Shown one piece after another: positions 50,301-62,200 of a stretch of 64,000 bases of DNA; positions within the stretch are counted from its first letter, which is position 1; every line of letters starts with the position of its first letter. The translations under genes and the position numbers were made by a program. A model generated the notes under the pieces. The model was not told where the DNA came from. It saw only the letters and a program-made list of their open reading frames with translations, and did not search any database. Source of the DNA: Chrysomallon squamiferum (taxonomy: Eukaryota > Animalia > Mollusca); contig CM022679.1 in the NCBI GenBank assembly GCA_012295275.1, forward strand, positions 16,988,001 through 17,052,000. The letters are read 5' to 3'.

Positions 50301-53300
50301 GGATCTGCCTAACAAATGATTGCACAACAGGTCTGCTACATCAGGGATGACACAGTCATTCTATCGTGTCACAGACTTGTTTTCAGCTTGCTTCCATCAG
50401 AAAATTGTTCAAGCATGCCTCACGTGGGTGCAGGCAATTGTGGGGGAGTATCATGTTTCTATTACAGAGTTCTTCTTATATGCCCAGTGAAGGTGATTAT
50501 AAAATTGTTAATGCATGCCTTTTAATTTTAAGAACATTCACAACAGAGAATTCTTCAGCTATACTTAGCATGGGTGTGGGTTGTTTTTAGCATGCTTCCA
50601 TATAATAGTAAAAGCATGCCATACATGGGAATGGGTAATCTTAACACCTCTGTATCGGATTTCTTCAGGCATGCTTTGCAAGGCATGGGTGTGTTTAATT
50701 TTTAGAATGTTTCTATGAGATGTCTCTAAGGATGGCCCCAAATTTTCATAAGAAAACTGTTCAAGTGTGAGAATATTTTACATGCTTAATTAAGCAAATC
50801 TTTTTCTGACTATAGTTTTAACAGAGCTACATTTTTTATAGACTTACATATAAAAATATGTATTAGAGTCAACTATTTTTCATTGTCATATGTTTTACAT
50901 CTGATAAGTGGATTAAGAATTAAAATTACTTTATGGTCATATTTAGAATGCTTACATCTGATAATTTTTCACCAGAGATTTGACCAAGCCAGATTATGTG
51001 AAGCTGTTAATGTTACAGGAGTGGTTAAAGAGTCTGATGCTCTGTCCCCAGGGAACAGAAATGAACCACTGGACTGAATACACTTTATTAAACACTGGAA
51101 TTCAGAACCAATCCTGTTTTTGAAAACTAAATTGTATCTCATTTGATGTAATCATTTTTACAATTCAACAACTAAAAGTATACCAAACATTATAGACTTG
51201 ATCCAGTCCATTATTTGAATCTATAACATATTCCATTTATTTCAGTCATTTTATAAATCATAATGCTAACCTTTGTCCATATTAAAAAAAAAACTAAAAA
51301 TAAAAAAAAAATTAAAAAATTATATCTATTAACAATCATTTTAGGGTTAAAAGAAACTGATTATTATTTCATATTTTGGTTACTTTATGGGAATAATGGA
51401 ATTTTTTATGTTCGTATGTGAGTTATGAGCCACAGATTGTGTTAATACAGTACCCTCTGTAATTGTGGTTTTTGCAATTTTTAAAAAAGTTTCCTGCTTA
51501 AGATTATAATTAAATTTATTATTATCATATTACTTTATTATTATTATTACTGTTGTTATTGTTATTGTTGTTTTTGTTGTTATATCTGCCCTTTCAGTTG
51601 TGAAACATATCTATTTATAATTTACTAGTTTTCCTTTAAAGTGATATAAATATGTTTTGTGTCAGTATTTGTTTTTGTTTATAATATATCATATTTTTAG
51701 CAATCTGCTTATTAATCTGTATAAAATATATCTATAGTTTTACTATCATATTCCAAATAATATGAATCACACATAGAAAACTCAGGTGCTTTTTTTTAAT
51801 GCTAACAATTAAACCTGTCATTAATTAAAAAATAAATTACAAGTTTATAATTGTCTTGTTTTTCTTTGTTTTTGTGTGTGTATTTTTTTAAATAAAAGCA
51901 ATCATTAAGAAACAAATTTATAAGAAATTATATTAATCATACTATCATTCATTTAATTAATTAAAAATACTGCAGATGGTACTTAAAATGAAAATGGTAG
52001 GAGAATAGTATTATTATACACAGATGTCTCTAAACAGACTTTTCTAAACACTTCACAACAGAAGGTCATACATATATCACTTACCTTCTCTTCACAAGCT
52101 GCAGTAATAATTAAATGAATGATCAAACTCACCTTGACAAATTGCAGTGCATGCACTATTCTGCACTGTTTCTCCAGTGCACGGCTTCCCTCCGTTCAGT
52201 GGAGCAGGGTTTGTGCATGTGCGTGTTCGATGTTGTTTTCCTTTGCCACATTTAGCTGAACATTCAGTCCACGGACTCCAGGTTGCCCAGCCACCATTGA
52301 CTAAATACACAATATTACCTTTAGTAAAAACTTCACAAGTATTTATCAGTTTATTACTGAAATAGAAAAAACGGTTTCCTCTCTGAATGGCTAACCCTAA
52401 TATAATTCCAGTTCTAACCCTGACTCTAACTTCTTTTATTTTTTGAAATGTTATTCCATTTAAAACCCATTTTAAATTTTGTTCATGAAATACTGAGTAC
52501 ATAAATAGACAGCTGAATCACACAGTCTAACACACACATCTGAAATGTTATACAGATGAATACAAATTAGTATATTTTATTTTATAGCTCATACAGACAA
52601 AACACTGAGTAGTTTCCCTCACACACACAGACAGATATAAAAGTGAGTGTATTGACCGTAGACAGTGAGAACAGCGGAGTCACTGAGACGTCTGCTAGCA
52701 GGATTCACTGCTCCACACGTGTAATTCCCAGTGTCCTTCAGCCTCGCCTGGTTGATGATCAGACTTCCCTCGCTTGAAATAATAAAATTAATGTCCTGTT
52801 CCGCATTGATCATCTTGTTGTCTTTCAGCCAAAAAACCTGCAAAATCACAAATTTGTAATTAGAGTTTTGTTACTTCCTTAATAAATTGTGAATAATAAA
52901 TTGGATGCAGAGATGAAAATAGTAACATAACGTGATTCATAGAAAATAAAAGAATTTCATTAGCAATAATTTTAACAATGATAAATTCTTGTTAATATTC
53001 ATTATGACTTGATGAAATAACAGTACTGCTTCCTTTAGACAGCTCTGTTTAGATTACTTGCTACTTCTTATCCATCTTAGGACTTAAAAGGTAAAAATCT
53101 AACCAATATATCTATTCATTTTTTTATTCTTCTTAACAAATATATCATTACATGTTTTTTTTCTAAGTTCATAAATAAAACCATACAATTAATATGGTAC
53201 ATGTGGTAGTCTAAATATATGCTAGTAAATGTTTTGTTTATTTCCATTTCAACAAACCTTTAAGTAAATAAGTATAACACAAATATAGTAAACCTATAAT

Positions 53301-54724
53301 CAATAGGGCCATGTTCTGTTCTTTTTCAAGTCACATCTTAGAAATGTGAAACCTATTATACACTAATTGATACAGAACTTTTTGTTAACACTGATGGAAA
53401 ACAAGCAAGAATTAGTAAACCACTGACAGTGTTTTATGTTTGTATATTTCTCTCTGTCTCATTCATTCTCTCTATTTCATCTTTTTTTAATTTCTTTTTC
53501 TTTCTTCATACATATTCATCTACCTCATTAAGCCTCTTTCTGTCTCTCTCTCTCTCCCCCTTTCTCTCAAAAAGAATGTATGGTTTTTCATGACATTATT
53601 ATGATGCTGTCATTCTGTATTACCAACAAAAGCAGATCTCTTCAGAAAGAAATAAAAGAATGACTAAGAAGTTTTAGGCTGTTTATTCTCACACTTTAAG
53701 ATATTAGTTCTAGAGCTGAAAGCACAAACTACTTGAACTACTCAGCTTGTACAGCTTCATCACTAGAACACAGGATATGAATGAACTGTTTGACTGTAAA
53801 ACGGTATTGTGCTTCAAGAGTATCTCTGAGGTAACACTGATGTTAATATTTCCTCAAACTGTCATCAAATACAGTGTAATGTCATATGATCCATTGTGTG
53901 AAATTAGTAAATGCAACCATGAGAAAACTACTACATAAAACCAATATATGAAACTATGACAGGGCCCAGTCAAACAAATGCTGTGTTTACTATAAGCAGA
54001 ATTTTCTATATTTTCACTGATACTCACCATTTTTGTATTATTAATTGCTGAATGAAAGCCAAGAAAGTATCTGTTTCTTTTGGTTATGCTTGGTTTAGTT
54101 TTCTTTGTTAATTCATGGAAAAATAACTGAATCCCAACATTAATATTAAATTTGGTGTTAGTTGGGCACTTCCATATCAGTATGTATCTGTGTATTTATC
54201 AGTGTTGAATGTGTAAACGTGTATGGGTATGGGTATCTGTCTGTATATAATTCATAGATTTATAATGATTATTATTCATTAAACCCAAGCTTCTTATATA
54301 TTGATGACATAAGAGAGTGACCTACTCTCAACCATTAGCAGTAAGTATTTTTTTTAAATGCACCTTTTTGTGTTATCTGACAAAGTAACAATAAAAACAA
54401 ACCTGTATTGCCAAAAAATAAATTAACATCAAGCAAATAAACACAATATCACACTGAAGTCTCAAATTCACATTACAACAGTTTTTTTTTTGTTTATAAG
54501 ATTTGTGATATCATGTAAGAAAGAACTGAAATGTGACCCAGTGTTTGGAATGAAATCGTGCACTGTGTGAGGTTACAGCATTTCAGTTAGAGATCATCAT
54601 GAGTCAAAGAAACCAGCTGTGCATGTGTTCAGTCAACTAATGTTCACTTAACAACATTAATACATATTAGCTATCAAAAACACAGAACTGTGGGTGGCAG
54701 ATTTTTTTTGTTATTTGTTTAAAT

Positions 54725-54777
<53 letters not shown>

Positions 54778-57700
54778 AAATACACTGCTTTAATGTTGTT
54801 GTTTTTAGAGGCTAACTGATTATATAGAACTGTCCATTTAGCATCAAATGATCAAAATATATATATATCTTCTCACAGACAGCAAATGGCCTTGAGTATA
54901 TTAAAAAAAAAGTAATATTTATACACAAATCTCAATGAAAGATATATATATACAGACACACACACTAAGGAATACTACTAAATATGCTCAAGATATATAA
55001 TTCTTGATAAATACTCTACATTAAGAAAATAATTTAAAAAACAAAAATTAATATTATACAACTGTTGTTCAAGAGAATTATTTACTGAATAATGATGCTA
55101 TTAAAAAACTTAATCTGGCACAATTCTTAATGAAAACTGTCTGTTGAATTAAATTGTCAGCAAAAATCTTAATGAAATACCATCCATCATAAGTGGCAGA
55201 AAAACAGAGAACACAAAATGACTGTGTCCATCCAGTAACTCAGTGGCCATGTTTATGTACAATTTAAAAGGATTTTGAAATATTTAAATTATAATAATAA
55301 ATGGCTGGGTTGTCTTATCATATTAAGATGGTGAAAGGATGACATACTGTTGACAAATTTATGAAGTATGTCTTTATAAGCTCAGTCAACAAAGACTGTA
55401 TTACTACAACAACACACTGGTTATGCTCTGGTGGCTTTTACACCTGTTTCAGACATACCTTGACCAAAGTATCAAGTGTTTCACATAATAATATTTCCCC
55501 CCCATCTTTTATTTGTGGACACAACTATTATATTTTCAAAATGTCCAAATTTATTTTCTCTCAGGTGTCTGTAGGCAACCTGTTGTAAACTTGACAAGAA
55601 AACAGTTTCAAGATTTTCTTTTTTAACCACTTCTACTCACGTGTTTAAAAAAAAAACTGATGGATGATACTCAACACACATAAATCATTGTACATTTTCT
55701 GTCACCTGCTTAATATTCTACTGGTTTGACTATAGAAAATAGTTAGAAAATGCAAATGTTTATGGGTTTTTACATGTCTCAGAGGTGACAGAAATGCCAT
55801 ATGACAACTGGGTTCAAAAATGACCACCTTGGTGAAGAAACAGATATACCTGAGAAAAAGATGAAGTACAAGAACTGGGATATGTAGAGCTTCAGAAAAC
55901 ACATGGATTTGTTTTCAGGGCATCTGTTATCATATAATCCATGATTAGAAAAAACCCACATATCAGAGATCTGAAGCTTTAGGACAAACTGTTTGAAAAT
56001 ATTCACAAAGCCATTGTGTTCCATAGCCTTCAGGTTTAATCATTCCATTATCTAAACATGCATTTGTAAGGATCTAATACTATAGAAATGCTCTTTTAAA
56101 CATTCCATAATATATTTTTTTTTAGATTATTTTATTTTTTTATTTTTTTAGGTATTTTTATTATCTAGGCAGATTTCAGTTTTATATTTTTGTTGTTTTC
56201 TGTCCTGTTTTTTATTTATATTTGTTTGCCTTCATGATCAAAATAACAAAAAAGTTCTGAAATTTAAAAACAAATGTAATTTAAAAATATTATTTTATTA
56301 AATTGAAAAATATTGTTTACTACAACTACTATCTATAATAATTATATTTTATATTTTTCCAGTTCTGATTCAGTTAATTAAATAAAATGGCTAGAATAAA
56401 GGTCTAACAAATCTAAACATTTTCACATTGAATTAATAAAGTTCTATTTAGTACAAGATTCTGATCATGAACTTAAACCCAGACAGTGAATTGTCGCGTC
56501 CTTTGTGTAACACAAAATTACTGTCACTGAATCAATACCACAATCACAAAATTAACAAAATCAAACAATAGTCTCTCAGAAACAATTAATTAATTTGTTG
56601 TGTGTTTAATGTAATGATATAATTAATTAGCAGTAGTATTCACATTTATTCTGACCAAGATTGTTTATATTCTTAGCTGTTCCAATTGATATTAATAATA
56701 CTACATGTTTTTAATTTTAATAATTCTTTTAACTATTCCCTTTTTGTTTTTTGATGGACTGGGTGTTTTTGTGGTTTTTTGGGAGCAGCTGTATTTTTTT
56801 TTTTTTTTTTTTACATTTTGATAATACTTCTGATAATAACTATTCTGAGGTTTCAGTTTATTTTAATAATATTTTTAATCACAATGTAGCAATATTTAGG
56901 AACAAATTAGATGTTATTTTTGCAAGTGCTACATTAAACAGAAAAGAAAAAACATGAATATATTTTAAGTTTCATTTTTTTTATAACCAGACTATTACAC
57001 AAATTCTTTAACAAACAATACTTGTAACTGTTCCAACCAAGTAAATATAATAATTCTTTTGATAAGATTTTAAGCCATATTTAGACAAACTGTGAGAAAC
57101 AGAAACCAAATTCAGCATAAACATGTTTCATGTTTCAGTGCCTTGTGTTAGATTTATGATTCAGCAGAGAAAGAAAAATGTCAGGTAATTACAAAAAGAA
57201 TGTCTGATTTCAGGCATGGTCATATCTGAGGACAATAAAGAACTTTTATGATATAGTACAATCACCACATCTACAGCTGTCCAACATATTTCTTCACGTT
57301 TGCCATTTTACACATTTGCATTTGCACCAGGACTTTGAGTTATATTTTGACAGAACAAATTAGATAAGATCTGTTCGTGGCAAAATGCACTCTAGTCTTG
57401 TGGGAAAAGCCAGCCACAATTTTTTCTTAACACAGAATGCAAGTTTCTTTGATCCACAAAGAAAATGGCATTTTAAAAAAAATATATGTTTCAGACACAG
57501 TCTCAATAAACTTGATAGATGGAAGTACTTGACATACACAACTTTAAAGGAATCTTTGGCAATCATTTGATAGACATTTTCTAACTCTAAGTAGATAATA
57601 GTAGATTTAGCTTATAAATTAACTAGCAAATAACCTGTTTGTACCTACCATACTAGCTTGTTAACTAGAAGATCATAATAATAGATTTATGTTATTAACA

Positions 57701-59259
57701 AATCAACAATTATTGCTATAGGTTTTGTTAATTAAAGAAAGATGAAAGTGGACTGAACTTATAAATTATTAAATAATGTAGTGCACTTCCACAGTGATTT
57801 GCTAAGTAGAGGTATGAAATAGTAGAAATAAGTTATAAATAAGCAGGTAAACATGTTAAGGTACTAACAAAAGACACCCACTGGCATATTTAGTTAAAAA
57901 ATTAGCTATAAGTATTCTGTGTAACTAAAGAAGGACATCGGCATATTTATGTTATAAATGAGTGAATAGTGTACCTCTGGTTTGCTAACTAGACATAGAA
58001 AATACTACCTTTATGTTATAATCAGGTAATTGATGTATCTTTGGTACTAACTTACTAACTAGATGTAGAAGTACTAGATTTATGTGTGTACCTTTGGCAG
58101 AGGTTTGCTGTCAGGAGGCAAACACTGCAGTTCGACAGTTGACTCCAGTTCCACACTACGACTCATTGGCTCACGCTGGAAACGCTTTTTCAAATCTGAA
58201 AACAAACACATAAAATATACAACCAAAACCAGCAAAAACAAACAATAAAACTTTAAAAAGCAGAGAAAAAAAAAAATTAGTGGTAGAGAAGGGAAAAAAA
58301 TGCTATATGATATTGCTGCTATCTGCTTTCATTTCTGACTCAACAGTACCAAAAAAACAACAAAGATATGGTATCTGTTACAAAATATGTCATTTCTTTC
58401 TGGCTAAATTTAAGTGAAATATTTAAAAAAGTAAGCAGCTTTTTTAGTCTGTGATTTTGAAGACAGTTTTATAAAGAGAAAACAAATTAACATTATTTGA
58501 AACTTTGTGAGTGTAAAGCAGTAGATGATACCTAATGATAAATAAGAAAATAAATTAATAAACAAATAAACAAAAAACAAATAAATAATTAAATAGTCTT
58601 GACCAGCATGTCAGGCTTCTTTACATAGATATCTCCTGTGTGTTTGTGTGTATTTTTTATAAACTACAAAAATCCTTTTCAGAAAGCTCCTGATGTTCCC
58701 CTTAAGTACAAAGAAATAAAAAACACGTGAAGAGAAAGTTTTCTGCAGCTAGACCTGTTTGCAGTTAGTGTGTGCTGTTTTCCACTAGACAGCACACCCA
58801 GGACAGATGGATGAACATACTTTGACTGGATACTCTGCTAAATAAACATGCAGTAAATCATAAAACAACATGACTCAATAAAACAGACAAACAGAAAAAC
58901 CTCTGACATTCATTCCAGTTGTATCAAGATGGAAATTACCTTCAACTGGTGCTATTTGTTTTACTAAAGAAAACTTGTGTAATTGCCTGTGTAATTTAAA
59001 CTACTAGAGAAACAGAAAGTTCTCTTGTTTGAGTAAATGATAAGAAACAGTCTTGTTTTAATAATTGTTAAGTAATAGGTGAGTTGTGAACCTTATTTAA
59101 ATAACAGGTAAGCTGGAATTCTTAATTTAGCATTAGATAAACTGGGATTTCAATATATTTTCAGTTATTTACTTTTCAGTACAATTTCCTTCTTTTTTTA
59201 TTTTATAAACAGTCCAAACCTAGAACACAACAGATTTTTTTTCTTTTGCACTACAATAC

Positions 59260-59296
<37 letters not shown>

Positions 59297-62200
59297 TAGT
59301 TTTTTTGGCAGGTTTGGCTTTTTTCAAAATGGATTTTTAAAACTTTTCTTTTCTTTAAATAATCAAAATATATATCATACTGATCATATTCTATCCTTTT
59401 CTTTAACATCTTAGGTTATACTCAGTGCTAGTTTTTTTTTTCTTTCTCTATATAGATAATTTTTTAATAAGATATTTTTTAAAGAGTCAAACTAAGTTGA
59501 AAATGCTGTACACTTGTTATCTTTTCACTTAGTTTGTTTTAATGAAATACGGAACTAAACTTTAACATCTACTTTAAATAATGTCTTTATCTTGCATATA
59601 TAACAGAAACCTAACTATTATTGTTACTGTGAAGTTTTAAAAATATAATTATTAATAAATGATATCTGCCACATTTTCTGACTGTTACAAACAGTGGGAA
59701 ACTGAATCACTGAATGACTACAGAAAATAAACAAAAATTCTTGCTGACTCTGTGTGAGGGAAAATGAAAATTAATTCATCCCTTGAGCTAGAACTGGGAT
59801 GGGTCAGTGTGCACTGCTGGTTACTAATTACGTGATGACTTTGAACTGACTTCTCACCTGCACAGACCAGACACACAGGTCTGGGGACTTGTCACCGGGA
59901 CCCCTGGGACAGTCTAGGCTACAAACTGATAGATATGTGTTTTTTATAGCTGCACTTCAATAACCCTGGCCAGGCTTTAAAACACAGCAAACACATATCA
60001 CTTTACAGAAAGTAGTTGTGTGACCTCAGAAAATATATTTATTTCCAATTTAAAGCTGTATCTAATGTTCCCATCAAACCATTCTGTTTTTAAATAAGTG
60101 TTAACAGTGTTTCTTTGAAAATGTCAAATTTACATTTAGCTGCAAATACCAACATAATACTAATGTCTGGAAAATATATTTAAAGTAAATTAGAATTAAA
60201 AATTTTAAAATGAATTTACTACCATGACCTTTGATCATTTTATTTATAGGACTTTGAAAAATATCCAGACCCAGTAAGGAAGAGAGGTCTTAGTCAGAGG
60301 TTTAACTTATTACAAAATCAATCATCTTTAATACATTCATTGGCCATTCCAGTTCCAGCCAGTGGCTCTTAACAGCATTATCAAAGGCTGTGGTATATGT
60401 TTTCCTATCTGTGGGAAAGCACATATTTAAAAAACATAATTTGCTATTAATCAATGACAGCTGCATCAGCAGTTTGCATCACTCCAATCATCATTACAGA
60501 AGAAAGACATGACTGAAGTGCCATTAACCATTCATTCCTTCTCACTGAGAACAGCTTCTCACTGGATCAGTTTCCTCAGTTTACAGACAGCTTAGCAGCA
60601 CTGACTGGTGACATGTACACTACAACATTCCCATACTGTGATAAACAGGAAAAACTTGTCTTGTTCTGCTTTGTCAACAAGTACAGGTAACAAACTGAAA
60701 CCCTTCGTCTCACTTCTCTGTAAATCCAGATTTTCTTTTTGTCATTGTTTAAAGGATCATAATTAACAAATTTAGTGAGCTGGAAAGTGGTTATAATTGC
60801 TTTGGCTATAACTTTTTATGTTTTATTTGATGTTAACTGCAAAAAGATGACAAACATCTTGACGATGTTCACACATTTTTACTACCTGCACTCAAGTGCT
60901 TTCACACATAAAGGCACTCTTGTTCAGGTGTGTACAATTAACTAGTGATATTATCAGTGCATTCTCATTTTGTTTTACTGTAAAGATTTACATCATCCAG
61001 TCTACACTAAAATAATGTGCCACTGTAAAGTAGAAAGAAATATTTTATTTGTTGACACATACATAACATGTGATAGAAGACCTGTATAATGAAATAAAAA
61101 TCAGGACAGTTTACAGCATGGCAGTATCAACTTCATTAATGAACAAACCTGCACACACTCAAAAACTCAGTAGGCAAAGAAGATACTACAAACATTAAGT
61201 AATCAAAGATAAAGATAAATGTTTCTATCACTGAAGTTCAAAGAAGATTATTAAGAAATGCTGTGAGTCTGGTTAATCTTTAGCATCTTTCCAACAGAAG
61301 ACTGTTCTAGCAAGCCTGTCATGGGCACAATCTCTGCCTCCACCAGTGATTCTGCAAGTCTACACTATTTCAGTGAAGATTATCACATCTGTGTAGAACT
61401 CTGCTGTTTGATTCATTTGTAAGATAAAACTGACACTTCACATTTGTTCATGTCTTCTGGAAAAAACCTGATAAAAATCACGATGTTGAGATATATTTAA
61501 TTAAAATGTGAAGCAAGCACTTCTGTATACCATAGCTCTCTATTCTGATCTCTTGCTCTGTGTTAAATTAACCTGAAAATGGCAGAGAAAGCTAATCTAA
61601 TTGAATTGCCTCATATTAATTTTAGTACCACTAATAGACCAACAGTGGACAATGCCTCAGGCCAGCAGTCAGCTATTAGCCATTTGTCCTGGCACAGAAC
61701 ATGAAAATCCTCTATCCCTCTCCACTTACACAAACATCTGATTTAGAGGACTTGTGATTTCTGCCCATTGAGGAGAAAGCCACTTTACAACAGTTTCAAT
61801 CAGCAAACAGAACTGACTGTTGTCGGATGTTGAGTGTCAACAGTCAACTGGAGGATTTGGTCCTTACAAATGAAATCAAGGACACCATCAAGTGAAAAAT
61901 GTTGACCAACATTATATTTGTTCAAATCGTTGATGTTTTGCAGACTACAGTTTATTTTTAAAATAAACCTACCTTGGATGAGGAATACTGATATCTTGTA
62001 CAGCTGTATACTATTACTTTTAAGAAACATCTTTCAACTATCATGTGAAAAAATCTGTTTCTACTCTGTAGGCCATTTTTATCAGTTAGCTGTAAAGGGT
62101 ATTTTATAAGAACCTTCCCATAGAAGATAAATATTCAGAATTCTCTTTGATAAATGTCTTGTGGAGACTGGCTTTAATGAGAAATGAGGAAAAGGGTTCT

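Noticed and set aside
55361-56024. Cluster of short ORFs in slightly GC-richer intronic DNA
   Set aside because: No recognisable motif or consistent splice phases; at most an unclassifiable repeat relic.
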